This document shows, piece after piece, positions 13,511-26,163 of a stretch of 64,000 nucleotides of DNA; position 1 is the first letter of the stretch, and each line of letters opens with the position of its first letter. A program made the translations under genes and the position numbers. The notes below the pieces were generated by a model. That model ran no database searches and was not told the origin of the DNA. It saw only the letters and a list, made by a program, of their open reading frames with translations. The stretch is from Callorhinchus milii (lineage: Eukaryota): positions 11,534,001 to 11,598,000 of the forward strand of contig NW_024704743.1 of the NCBI RefSeq assembly GCF_018977255.1. The letters are read 5' to 3'.

Positions 13511-13734
13511 CTGGATAAAAAGGGAAACAAAGGGGAAAAAAAATTACTTCCTGTTAATGATACAGTATTCCTTTTGCAACATCTTTCTAGATTATTTGCT
13601 CACTAAACATAAACTTACATTTATATATCACCTTTCACAAAAAATAAATAGTCTTTAATTGATAATGTATAGTTTGAGTTGGGGTAATTTTATTTCTCCA
13701 GCTATAGAACAGAAACCCATCACCGTGTTAAGAT

Positions 13735-13975
13735 TAAGAGTCCCATGGAAATTCCTGCATATTGAAATGAAATGTGCACTCAAGAGTATTAGCTGCAGTT
13801 TGGCAAGAGCCAAGGTTTGGAGACCCTAAATTGTGCATGGGGCACTGCTATAGTCTAACCATCTAAAACGGCATAGTTTGTAATGGCACTGTCCCGCAAA
13901 CTTTCCTACTGCTTATCCAGTTAGGACCACCCGACCTGTTAGGGCTGTAGCTTGCAAGGTTATTAACAGGAGCTG
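13735..13975 (+). mobile_element. Decayed copy of the Ingi/Vingi-like 5' region
   Basis: Aligns with 29960-30255 (GGCAAGAGCCAAGG...GCTTATCCAG.TAGGACCAC...TTAGGGCT). Confidence 0.7.
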
Positions 13976-14019
13976 TAGGGCGCTATATAAATGCAAGTTG
14001 TTGTTGTCCCAATGACTAA

Positions 14020-14210
14020 CAACAATAATAATAAATTGGTAATTTTCAATTGATGACTGTTTGTGGGACACTGCTGTGCGCAATTGGCTGCCGCTTTCGC
14101 CCACAAATATACAGTCAATTCACTTTACAGTGTGTTCTGTGAAGCGCTTTGGGACATCCTCCCGATGTGAAAAGCGCTATATCAAATGCAAGGATTATTA
14201 TTATTATTAT
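14020..14210 (+). mobile_element. 5'-truncated young tRNA-SINE
   Basis: Matches the 3' part of 62031-62350; (ATT)n tail. Confidence 0.88.
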
Positions 14211-14281
14211 AATGTATATTATCTATGCCACTTTGAATGCTCTTCTAATAAAAGAGGAAGATAGTTTAACATAGCGTATAT

Positions 14282-15120
14282 CAGCATGGTCCAACTGTGT
14301 CCAAAAGCATGTGGGCACCAGCAGCCTGGCAGATGATTTTATGGGGCCCGAGACCATTTCCACCAATCCAACTTCTACTCCCTCCCAACGTCCTCCCAGG
14401 GCAAATGGCAGAAGCCGGCGGTTGGAGGAGGGGGGAGAGAGTTGGGGGAGAGAGAGGAGGGGTGAAGAGAGAGAGGAAGGGAGAAAGAGGGGGAGAGAGA
14501 GGAAGGGAGAAAGAGGGGGAGAGATAGGGGGAAGATGCTGGGAGAGAGAGAGAGGGGGGAGGGGAGAGAGAGGAGGGAAGGGGGGGAGAGAGCGTGGAGG
14601 GAAGAGGGAGTGAATGTGAGGAAGAGAAAGAAACAGAGGGGGAAGATTGAGAGAGAGTGATTGAGAGAGTTTGAGATGGTGTGTGAGAGAGAGAAGGGGG
14701 GGAAAACAGAAGGAGGGGAGGAGAGGGGGAGAGAGGAGAGGGCGTAGAGGAGAGGGGGGAGAGAGAAGAGAGGAGAGGGGGGAGACAGGAGAGGGGGGAG
14801 AGAGGAGCAGAAGAGAGAGGAGAGGGGAGGAGAGAGAAGAGGGAGGACAGAGGAGAGGGGTAGAGAGGAGAGGGGGGAGAGAGGAGGGGAGGAGAGGAGA
14901 GGGGGAGAGAGAGAGGAGGGGGGGGGGGGAGAGAGGAGAGGGGAGGAGAAAGAGGGGGAGAGAGAGGTGGGCGAGAGGAGAGGGTAAGAGAGTATAGGGG
15001 GGAGAGAGGAGAGGTGAGAGGGGAAGGTGGAGTATGAGAGGGAAGAGAGAATGTGAGAGAGAGTAATTGAGAGAGTGTGTGTGAGGTGAGAGGAGCCTGA
15101 GAAAGAGATGTGTGAGAAAG
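14282..15120 (+). mobile_element. Left part of a hAT-type MITE followed by a ~700 bp GA-rich tract
   Basis: Begins CAGCATGGTCCAAC (matches the reverse complement of the right TIR at 34414-34427); shares CCATTTCCACC..TCCAACTTCTACTCCCTCCC...AACGTCCTCCCAGGGCA with 33818-33880. Confidence 0.65.
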
Positions 15121-16364
15121 AGTGTCCTCTCCATCCCTGTGTAGATGAGATGCATAGAACTCTCAGCCAACTATGGTGATAACCATCATTTTCCAGAAAT
15201 GCCAGACATCTGGCTGACCAAAAAAACCTAGGATAAAGGAGATATAGCTAATTCATGATTTCTAAAGGTATCCCAGATTCAAATAATTATATTTAATGTT
15301 GCCTCCCTATTGTAACACTTCCCTATTGCTTGGTTACCAGGGAGTAAGAGGACGCCATGCATGCCAGGCTGTGATTGTCTGTGTCATTTGCCACTTACTG
15401 GAGTTTTCCAGGGATGATGCACAAATCCTTCACAATATTTCAGCCCACCTGAATTCCCTCTCCCCCAATATCCAACTCTATTATTGTTCGTCTCCTGGAA
15501 TTACAACCCCCACTGAACAAACTTTCAATAGGAAAAAGATATAAAAAGGACAAGTAAAAATCTTTGACCCATTAGCCTTTAGTAAGTTGAACGTTCGCCC
15601 ACAAATATACAGTCAATTCACTTTACAGTGTGTTCTGTGAAGCGCTTTGGGACGTCCTCCTGACATGAAAAGCGCTATATCAAATGCAAGGATTATTATT
15701 ATAACGTTCTGTGACTGTTGAAATATAGGTTAAAAAGTCATGATCTTAAAGCCTTCTACGGTCATGCTCCTCCCTAACTCTGTGATCCCTTAAAACCATA
15801 CCAACCTGTCCGTTCCCCCATTCAGCCAGCACTGACCTGCTTGATTTTCCTTGCCCTGCCCGCTGGGCCTTCAGGTTTTTTGTCCACCACCCTCTGGAAC
15901 TCCATCCCCAAATCCCTCCGCCTCTCCCCCTCCTTCGCCTTCTTCTAGGCTTGTCTCAAGGCCTTCCTCTTTGACCGTGCCTTTGGCCACACTACCCCCC
16001 CACCACCTCCCTCCTTATTACAACCCCCAGCTCAGGTGCAAATTTTTAAATGTCCAGTGCCTTAGGATGTCCATCTGATAAGCGCTATATAAATGTAATT
16101 CGTTATTTTCTTATCAGGTCCATAACAAAACCCATTTCAGGGCAAAAAAGGCTTCAGTTGGGCCAGGGAATGTACTTCACTTGGAATGTAGTACTTGTAA
16201 TGTTTACATACTGTCAGTGTTTAATATTATTAAAGTTCTTACTTTTAAGATTTTTTTCACAATATAGTCTAATGGAAATTCACTTCTGAAATATTTTTAG
16301 AGGACATACACTTTGTATTTTACAGGATATTCCGTGAAGCACTTTGAGACGTCGCAAAGACGTG

Positions 16365-16872
16365 ATAGGCTGCAGATCATCCAGAATTCTGCATCCCATG
16401 TCCTCTCCCGCACCAGGGTCTGCGACCCCATCCTTGCCCGACTCCACTGGCTTCCCATCACACAGAGGATACAGTTCAAGATCCTGGTCCTTACCTTCAA
16501 AGCTCTCCGAGGCCTTGCTCCCCCCACCTTTGCAACCTTCTAACCCCCTACCATCCTGCTCGCTCTGCTCAGTAGGCTCAGGCCGGCTTCATGTCCCCCG
16601 CTTCACCCACCCCACCATTGGCAGGCAGGCCTTCTGCCACTCTGCTCCCACACTCTGGAAATCCATCCCATAGAACCTCCGCCTTGCCCCCTCCATTGCC
16701 TCCTTGAAGACTCATCTCAAGACCTTCCTCTTCAACTATGTCTTCCATCACCCTTCTGCCCTCCACCTTCCCCAATCCCGACCCACAGCTCGGATCCGAA
16801 AAACTGATTGTCCAGCGCCTTGGGATGTCCTCCCGATGTGAAAGGCACTATACAAATTTGATTTTGTTGTTG
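16365..16872 (+). mobile_element. L2 3' fragment inserted into a SINE tail
   Basis: LQIIQNSA...LARLHWLPITQRIQFKIL; the SINE tail is split as GACGTGATA|L2|TAAGACGCTATATCAAATGCAAGG. Confidence 0.85.
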
Positions 16873-17342
16873 TAAGACGCTATATCAAATGCAAGGATTA
16901 TTATTATTAACATTAGAAGAACCATTTCCACACAGAACGTGTTAGTAAAAGGAATGCTGAGTCACAAGCAGCTGTTAAAGCTGAGAGATTTAAGATTAAA
17001 TTAATACACGTCTGAAGAGAAGGAATATAAAAGGATGTGAGGAAAGGGAAAATAATTCAGATTACACTTGTTCGCTCAAATGCTTGATCTAACACCACTT
17101 TAATTTGGGCCAAATGGTCTACTCCTATGCAGTAATTTCTATAAGTCTATAATAGGCTGTAAAGAGACACTTTATGGAAACCTGATCCAAGTTGTTAAAA
17201 TCATGAAGAGCATCAATACGACAAAATGCAAAGTTCTTCATGCTGTCTGATAATTTGGGCTGTAACCTCATCAAAAAAATTGACTACTTCCAGGATTTGG
17301 CATTTACAAATCTTTTTGTGAATCATTTTTCAACGTCACACT

Positions 17343-17657
17343 ATAATAATAATCCTTGCATTTGATATAGCGCTTTTCACGTCGGGAGGACGTCCCAAAG
17401 CGCTTCACAGAACACACTGTAAAGTGAATTGACTGTATATTTGTGGGCGAACGCGGCAGCCAATTGCGCACAGCAATGTCCCACAAACAGTCGTAGATTG
17501 AAAATGACCAATTTATTATTGTTTTTGGTTTTGGAGGGATTATTATTAGGCTCTGTGTGGAGTAAGGAAACTTGCCCAAGGTTTCGCCCTCTGCCTGGAA
17601 TTGAACTCAGGTCTCTCACTTGCAAAGCGAGTGCTCTAACCACTGAGCTACAGGACT
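17343..17657 (-). mobile_element. Essentially full-length young tRNA(Ala-like)-derived SINE with an L2-like 3' tail
   Basis: Box A TAGCTCAGTGG, box B GAGTTCAATTCC, anticodon arm CTCGC-TTTGCAA-GTGAG; 3' end shares GCGC.TTGGGA.GTCCTCCCGA.GTGAAA.GCGC with the L2 tails; (ATT)n tail. Confidence 0.93.
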
Positions 17658-20561
17658 TAAGGACTAGATATGGTTAAAGTATTCAAAACAAAATGAACGG
17701 ATTCATAATTTTTATACAATTCATAATCATGTAGCTATATGATGGTAAGTCACTTTCAAACGTTCTTGAAATACTAAATAATAAATCACAATCCTTATAC
17801 TGCTCAAGCAGGAGGACATTCTAGCGCTTCATAGGATATACAAAAGTGGAGTAACACTTTGTATTGTGGGTGAACATGGCAGCCAATTTGTGGAGCAGAG
17901 GAAGAATGGCGAGTAGGGCACTGAAATAAGTGTGAAGGAATGTAGTACTTGGTGAAATATCTTTTGGAAGTCCAAATATACAATAACAACAAAATGACAC
18001 ATTTGTATAGCGGCTTTCATGTCAGGAGGATGTCCCAAGGCTCTGGACAGTCAGAGTACTAAATTATATGGCTTCCCACAGACAATTTGGACTGTCACCT
18101 CATCAAAAAAATTGAGTACTTCCAGGATTTGGCATTTACAAATCCTTTTGTGAATCTTTTTTCAACGTCACACTTAAGGACTAGATATGGTTAAAGCATT
18201 CAAAACAAAATGAATGGATTCATAATTTTGCAGATGTGCAAAATTAAATATTTAATTGTACAAAATATGTGAACAAATATGTGCAAAATTTAAATATTTT
18301 AAATGTACTGCCATTTATTGATGCGTGCACTGCCATATTTGTATGCCTGTGCCGTTACATTTTGGTGTGGAGTATTTTTCAAATATTCTGGTACATTTTC
18401 AATTTTTGTGCAGTTTTTGGTGCAGTTTTTCAGCAGATGGAAAATATTATAATTACAGGTTACCACATTGTCCATCAAGCCTATTCTGGTGATAACATCT
18501 CCACGATGTATGACATTACTTTAATGTTCCTGCTCTACCTCTGCTGACTTTTCATCCTTCCATTGCTCCCTCAACCTCTTCCTCCACATCCACTCTGCCA
18601 CCCACGTCCAGCCTCTCAACCTGGTGATCACTCGGGCCTCACCATCTCGAACCTCACCATCAATGACAAAACCATCTTGGACCATTGCTTCATCTCCCTT
18701 AACTCCACAGTCCCTCTCCCCACCACCACCCAACCCACCTCCATCTCCTACAGCCTCAGGAAAAAAATCTCCCCCCATCTTTCTCTCCGCTGGTTTGGTA
18801 GTCATCTGAACTCCTCCCCCTTTGGGCTTCCTCCCGTAATGAACTATCCTCTTGGTCACTCTCAACTCCCTCTCCACCACTCCCGATGCCCTTGCTCCCC
18901 TCATTTCCCGAACTGTTTCCTACTCACGCAAGTCACCCTGGTACACAAGCCACCTCCACTCCCTTAAAGTACAGGTGCGTGCCGCTTAACAGTCTATCGG
19001 CTGATCTAGTTGGACCTTATCAAATCTTACCACTCCACCCGCGCATCCACTAAATCGTCCTTCTACTCCAAGACAATCTTGGAGGCCAAGGACAAAACCA
19101 GGATTTTCTTCTCCATCGCCAACCAACTCCTCCGTCCACCCTCTCATGCCTCACCCATCCTCTTCTCCAATGCCAACTGTGATGTGATGCTGGACTTCCT
19201 TGAAACCAAAGTCGAGGGGATGAGCTCAGCTGCCTCTGCTCTTGTGTACTACCCCCTCCCCATCTCCCCCGGCCCCTACCCAGCCCTCCCACTACACCTC
19301 CGAACTTGTCTCCCACTCCTGACTCATCACCACTATAACCCGCATGAAACTGACCACCTGCTCTCTCGACCCCATCCCTACCCCACTCCTTACCTCCCAG
19401 CTCTGTCTCCTTGCCCCTCTACTCACAGAGATCATAAACCTCTCCCTGTCCACTGGCACCATTCCCACTCCTTTAAAAATGGTCATCACTCTTATCCTTA
19501 AAAAACCCTCCCTGGACCAATCTCTGCTCTCAAATTACCGCCCCATCTCCAACCTCCCTTTCCTTTCCAAGGATCTGGAACGAGTCGTTGCATCCAAGCT
19601 TCGCTCCTTCCTCTCCCACCACTCCCTCCACGAACCCCTACAATCGGATTTTTGTCCCGCCCACAGCCCAAAAACAGTTTTGGTCAAAGTGAAAAATGAC
19701 ATTTTGTCTATCTACGACCAGAGCTCCCTCTGCCTCCTCGTCCTCCTTGACCTTGACCTTGCCTTCAATACCGATGACCACTCTAACCTCCTCAATCGCT
19801 TCTCCTCTCACCTCAACCTTCATGGTTCTGTCCTTGAATGGTTCAGATCCCACCTCTCACACCATCTCCACTTCATCTCCACAAACGGTTTCTCCTCTAG
19901 CCCTCGCACCATCTCATGCGGCATTCCTCAGGGCTCCGTCCTTGGTCCCCTCCTCTTCAATATCTACATGCTCCCTCTTAGTGACACCATCCGTAGACAT
20001 GGGGTCAACTGAATTCCGATGACACCCAAATGTACCTCTCTGCCTCCACCTTTGACTCCAGGACCACTGCTGTCCTGACAGAATGTCTGTCAGACCTTTT
20101 TTCAGCTGAACGTCAACACGACCGAGGCTCTCCTGATTGGCTCCCGTCAACGCCTTCACACCTCAGGCGCTGACAGCATCACTGAACTGTATCCTCCACC
20201 TCACTGAGCCAGTCCGGAATCTTGGCGTCTTGTTTGACCCTCAACTATCCTTTCTACCCCACACCCAGGTCATGATACTTTGACTTCCCCCAACTCCGCA
20301 ACATCGCCCAGCTCCGCCATGTCTCACACTGCAGGCCGCCGAAACCTTCATACACACATTCATAACAGCTAGGCTTCACTATGCAAAGTTCCTGCTTGTC
20401 GGCCTCCCCATCTCCTCCCTCCATATGCTGCAGATCATCCAGAACTCAGCAATCCGTGTCCTCTCATGCACCAAGCTCCGTGACCTTATCACTCCCATCC
20501 TCGCCCGATTCCACTGGCTTTCCATCACACAGAGGATACAGTTCAACATCCTGGTCCTTAC

Positions 20562-23251
20562 AACAACAACTCGAATTTTTATAGCACCCTCCATGGCGGA
20601 CGGCATCTCAAAGAGCTTCACAATAACGGATCCAAGGGCTAAGCCAGGGGGAGGGGGAAGAAGGTGACCAAAGGCGCGGTTGAAAAGAAAGGTCTTTAAC
20701 TGAGACTTGAAAGTAGGAAGAGAGGGGGCGAGATGAAGGGAGTGAGGAAGGGAGTTCCAGAGCCTCGGGGCGTCGTGGCTGAAGGCATGGCTGCCGATGG
20801 TGGAGCGGAGCATTCAGGGGACAAGGAGGAAGTCAGACCCAGTGGAGCGAAGGCAAAGGGCACTGTTGTGAGGAGAGAGGAAGTCAGAGAGGTAGGAGGG
20901 TGCAGAGGTGTGGAGGGATTTGAAGACAAGAGTGAGGATCTTGAAATCGATCCTCTCTGGGACAGGCAGCCAGTGCAGTCTAGCAAGGACTGGGGTAATT
21001 GGGGAGCGGAGTTTGGTACGGGTAAGAATGCAGATGGCAGAACTCTGGAGGGGAGACCGGCAAGGAGGGCATTTGAATAGTCCAGCCGAGAGGTGACATG
21101 GACCAGGATTTCGGCAACTTTTGGGGTGAGATATTACATAAGAACATAAGAATTAGGAGGAGTAGGCCATTCGGCCCTTCGTGCCTGCTCCGCCATTCAA
21201 TAAGATCATGGCTGATCTTCTCACCTAACTCTGATTACCTGCCCTATCCCCATATCCCCTAATCCCTCTATTTTTCAAGAATCTATCAGTCTCAGCCTTG
21301 AAAATGTTCAAGGACTGAGCATCTACAGCCTTCTGGGGAAGTGAATTCCATAAGTTCACTACCTTCTGAGTGAAGAAATGTTTCCTCAACTCTGTTCTAA
21401 AAGACTGACCCTTAATTTTAAGACTGTGACCCCTGGTTATAGATTCTCCTACCAGGGGAAACAGTCCCTCAGTGTCTATGTTATCCAGCCCTTTAAGAAT
21501 CTTATAAGTTTCAATAAGATCTCCCCTAATTCTTCTGTACTCTAGAGAATACAGCCCTAGTTTATTCAGCCTATCCTCATAGGTCAGTCCCCTCATCCCA
21601 GGAACTAACCGAGTGAATCTACGCTGCACCCCCTCTAGGGCAAGTATGTCCTTTTTTAAATAAGGAGACCAAAACTGCACACAATACTCCAGGTGCGGTC
21701 TCACCAAAGCCCTATACAGTTGCAGCAAGACTTCCCTACTCTTATATTCTAAACCTTTCGAAATGAACGCTAACATGCCGTTCGCCTTCTTAGTTGCTTG
21801 CTGCACCTGCAAACTAACTTTTTGGGACTGGTGTACAAGGACACCCAAATCCCTTTGAATACTAACACTATCTAACTTCTCCCCTTCCAGAAAATAATCT
21901 GTTCTTTTATTCTTGCTACCTAGGTGAATAATTTCACACTTGCTAACATTGAATTCCATCTGCCACCTACTTGCCCACTCCCCGAGCCTATCTATATCTT
22001 GTTGCAATCTTTTTGCATCATCCTGAGAGCTCACTCTGCTACCTAGTTTAGTATCATCCGCGAATTTAGACACATTACATTCAATGTCCTCGTCCAGATC
22101 ATTGATGTAAATGGTAAATAGCTGAGGCCCAAGCACTGATCCTTGTGGCACTCCACTAGTTACATCCTGCCAATTCGAGAATGATCCGTTTATCACTACT
22201 CTCTGCTTTCTACCCGATAGCCACTCTTCCATCCATGTTAATATTTTCCCATTAATCCCGTGGGCCTTGATCTTGAGTAACAGCCTTTTGTGTGGCACCT
22301 TGTCAAATGCCTTCCTAAAATCCAAATATACCACATCTACTTTTCCCCCTTATCCAACCTGCTGAATACATCCTCAAAAAATTCTAAAAGATTAGTCAAG
22401 TATGACTTCCCTTTTGTAAAGCCATGTTGACTCTGCCTAATCTTTTTTATAGTCTTCCAGGTATCCCATAACTACGTCTTTTATTAAGGACTCAAGAATT
22501 TTCCCAAGAATGTAATGTGTCTAACTGGTCAATAGTTTTCCCTATTTTCTCTCCCACCCTTCTTAAATAGTGGAGTTACGTTTGCAATCTTCCAATCAAT
22601 GGGAACTTTTCCAGTATCCAGACTTTTGGAAGATTATAGACATGCCATCCATTATCTCAGTAGCCACCTCCTTTAAAACTCTCGGATGCAGGCCAGGGGA
22701 TTTATCGGTTTTAAGACCCGACAATTTACCTAGAACCATCTCTTTACCAATGTTAATCTCCCTAAGTTGCTCGCTAACCTTGTCTTCTTGGTCCTCTATT
22801 TTTGGTATGTTTCCAGTGTCTTCTACGGTGAACACTGTAGAAAAATACTTTTTTAATGACTCTGCCATGTCTTTGTCCCCTATTATAATTCCTCTGGTCT
22901 CTGCCTGTAATGGACCCACATTCACCCTCACTAGCATTTTCCTCTTTATATATTTGTAAAACCTCTTGGCGGAGACGGGCGATTCGTCGGAGGTGGAAGA
23001 AAGCAGTGCTGGTGAGAGACCAGATGTGGGTGAGGAAGGATAATTGTGGGTCGAACCTGACGCCAAGGTTGCGTACAGGTTCGGAGAGTTTTAGGGGCAG
23101 GTCGGGTAGGTGGAGGAGGTGAGAACTGTGTGATTGAAGACGTTGACGAGAGCCAGAGTATGGCTTCCATCTTGTCAACATTCAGCTGATGGAAATTCGC
23201 GCTCATCCAACTTCTGATGTCTGACAGGCAGGTTGACAGAACATCAGAGGA
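20562..23251 (-). mobile_element. L2 (second subfamily) nested in an L2, itself interrupted by a CR1
   Basis: (GTT)n tail at 20562; LWNSLPHSL..FKSQLKTFLF; VRNLGVRFDPQLSF at 22970-23100. Confidence 0.85.
21136..22965 (-). mobile_element. Young CR1 LINE, 5'-truncated, with an uninterrupted 369-aa RT/C-terminal ORF (21225-22334)
   Basis: [46 protein letters not shown]; (TTCTTATG)n tail; frameshifts further upstream. Confidence 0.95.
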
Positions 23252-25410
23252 CTTACCCTTAAAGCCCTCCATGTCCTGCTCCCCCCTACCTCTGCGACCT
23301 CCTAAGCCCCTACCAACCTGTCTGCTCCCTCTTCAGCAGGCTCATGCCTACTTCACCATTGGCGAGCAGGCCTTAAGCCACTCTGCCTCCACCTTCTGGA
23401 CCTCCATCCCACAGTCCCTCCATCCCACAGTCCCTCCATCCCACAGTCCCTCCACCTTGCCTCCTCCCTTGCCTCCTTCAAGACCCATCTCAAGACGCTC
23501 CTATTTGACCGTGCCTTTGATCACCCTCCTTCCCCCAGCTTGATGAAATGTTGATTGTCCAGCGCCTTGGGACGTCCTCCCGACGTGAAATATATGCAAT
23601 ATAATTTTGTTTTTGTTGTTGTTTATAATAGCAAATTTAATAATAAAGAGTGACTGAGACATTCCAAAAGTGTATCCACATTTGCCGGAAGAAAAATAGT
23701 GACAACTTTGTCAAAACACGTTTGGAATCGACATGTACTTAGTAAATGCCATACCTTGAACAAAAGAAGGCTCTCACACGTAGCAATCTGTTTAGTTTAG
23801 ATTCTTAAGTAGAAATACATTCGTAGTAACTGCACTAGAAAGAGCCCTAAAACAGGTTCTGCAAGAGCTTATGCTCTGTATGACTATTAGGTATATGAGG
23901 TGGGGTGTGAAGGTCTATCTGTAATAACTCTAAACCCATTTGCTTAATTAGGTGAATAGTAGCACTATGTAGATTAAAGCAGATGACTAAAATCTCCCAA
24001 GTGCCAACATTTATATTTAATTTATCCTTCTCGAGTCTTCCTTGCAGTGAACCAGATAGTTACAGAACAATTAGGACTATTGAAACTGGTTGTTTAAAGA
24101 TCTGGTGTGCACATGATGTGTGTTATTGACGTATTGTGTACTCGTGAATTCAAGGAATCTCTGTGATCCAGTAACTCATTGAAAAGAACAGAAAGGTTAT
24201 TTCATAGCTTGTACTGCTGTACCTATCTATCCCATTCTGTTTGATTTTCTGAGATAATTACAGCAATTTAGAAGAGTATAGTTGCAAAATTATACCCACC
24301 TTATAAGCACAAATCCTTTAGTGGATAAACCACAGCCAAGACTCAATCACAGATAACCATACAAATAAACATTTTATTTTTTACATAAATCTGCTGTACT
24401 AATGGTTGAATTTTTAAAAATAATTTAAATCATCAAACTAAGCAGAGAATGTTGAAAGCCTATTTGAAGAGGAGACTAACAACAAGATTAAATTTGTATA
24501 GCGCCTTTCACATCGGGTGGACGTCCCAAGGCGCCATTGAGTATACTAAACATTATTGATGAAATGTAGCTATTTCTGGTCAGGTACAAACAAGTGTCCA
24601 AGATGGCTATTTCTTGATTTTGTTGGGGAGTAGATGGATGAGGGGGAACAGCATCTAATTTAATGCATTTTTGCACCAAGGTTTCCTTAAACAACGCTTT
24701 GAGTAGTAAAATTAACAGACCAGGATTACCCACCTCAAATCAGCACACCTCATATCTCGGAAGCCTTTTCTTTTTGACAATATTTTACACCGATCATTAA
24801 TTATTTCTGCTTACCTCTCCTTTTCTATATCAAAATCAAGCTTCAAGCTGGGTTCACAGAACACCAGCACTTTCTGCAGTACTCTCGCTCTCTTTCTACA
24901 TTCGATTGCACCGGTGCATAAATTTGTGATGAAATTGGACCTAATGGTTTTAATGGTCTATTGCCTACAAACCTTTGACAGGTTGCAATTTCATGCTGTC
25001 CACAGCCCCGAGCAAAGCAAAGCAGCACAAATTAGGCTGTAACAATGTAGTTTCTTGTGAACAAAATTTATTAAAAAAAATCGGTCTGACATCTTTCTCC
25101 TCCCCATTCATTTGCTGGCCACCCAATTACCCCTGCTTTGACCCGCTAGCAAATACGGTCAAGCTGTCTCACTCTTCCAGCAGTGCAGTCTACCCCTACA
25201 ATACTGCAGTCATCACCCGTCCCCTCAAAAAACTTAAGCACATAAGGATTTGCTAGACGAAAGAAGTTCAAGTCTATCCAGTTCACATTCCATCATCCTG
25301 GCAGTTGCATGCATATGTCGTGTCCCAAACTATATACTGTATCCCAAGATATTGTTGCCTAACAGAAATCTATCTAAAGGCAAAGTATTGCAGATTCTGG
25401 AAATCTGGTA

Positions 25411-25855
25411 TAAGAACATAAGAACTAGGAGCAGGAGTAGGCCATTCGGCCCCTCGAGCCTGCCCCGCCATTTAATAAGATCATGGCTGATTTTCTAACC
25501 TAATTCCATTTACCTGCCCTATCCCCATATCCCTTAATCCCTTTAATTTTTAAAAATCTAGCGTTCAATGACTGAGCATCCACAGCTTTCTGGGGTAAAG
25601 AATTCCATAAATTCACTACCCTCCCTGTGAAGAAATGTTTTCTCAACTCAAAAAAAAGGGCTAACCTTTAATCCTTTAATCCTGAGACGATGACCCCTAG
25701 TTTTAGATTCTCCAACCAGGGGAAACAGTCTCACACTATCTACCCTGCCAAGACCCTTAAGAATCTTATAGGTTTCTATAAGATCACCTCTAAGTCTTCT
25801 ATATTCTAGAGAATACAGGACTAGTCTCCTCGTAGGTCAACTCCCTCATCCCTTT
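25411..25855 (-). mobile_element. CR1 3' end (same subfamily as 4383 and 21136)
   Basis: TAAGAACATAAGAACTAGGAGCAGGAGTAGGCCATTCGGCCC tail and matching 3' ORF sequence. Confidence 0.88.
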
Positions 25856-25949
25856 CTTGATTCTTTCAAGAACAAATTAGAGAAAGAATGAGGGAGTCAG
25901 AGAGCGAGTGAGTGAGAGAGAGATAGTGTGAGTAAGTGAGTGATTGATT

Positions 25950-26163
25950 GATTTCTAGTATAAACACAGAGTCGCTGACAACGCACAGCATATCAAGCAG
26001 CATCCATGGAGAGAGGAAAATTAGTTAACATTTCATGTTTGTGACCTTTCAGTAGTTCTGATGAACCATCATAGATCTAAAACGTTAAATCAGTTTCCTC
26101 ATCCATGGATGCTGCCTGACATGGTACGTGTTGCCAGCGACTTCTGTGCTTATACTAGAAATC
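25950..26163. mobile_element. Penelope-type foldback repeat with a decayed hammerhead core
   Basis: ~100-bp inverted arms (GATTTCTAGTATAAACACAGAGTCGCTG... / ...CAGCGACTTCTGTGCTTATACTAGAAATC); CTGATGA...AAACGTTA near the centre. Confidence 0.7.

Larger units (their letters stand above)
18540..23625 (+). mobile_element. Long degenerate L2 (endonuclease-linker-RT-3' UTR), interrupted at 20562-23251
   Basis: TTCSLDPIPT..., LKKPSLD...[30 protein letters not shown]; resumes at 23252 after the TSD CTTAC. Confidence 0.88.

Noticed and set aside
14223..15170. 315-aa Leu/Ser/Pro-rich ORF and the antisense Arg/Gly/Glu ORFs
   Set aside because: Artefact of the GA/CT low-complexity tract; no domain or splice support.
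21225..22334. Domesticated or novel reverse transcriptase gene
   Set aside because: Ordinary 5'-truncated CR1 with its repeat tail, upstream frameshifts and several sibling copies in the window.
23828..23899. Alternative XYLB terminal exon (IDLHTPPH...LLQNLF*)
   Set aside because: Weak polypyrimidine tract and a poorer match than 13442-13510.
24814..24965. Exon-like open frame ending at GAG|GTAAGC on the minus strand
   Set aside because: No convincing acceptor and no recognisable protein similarity.
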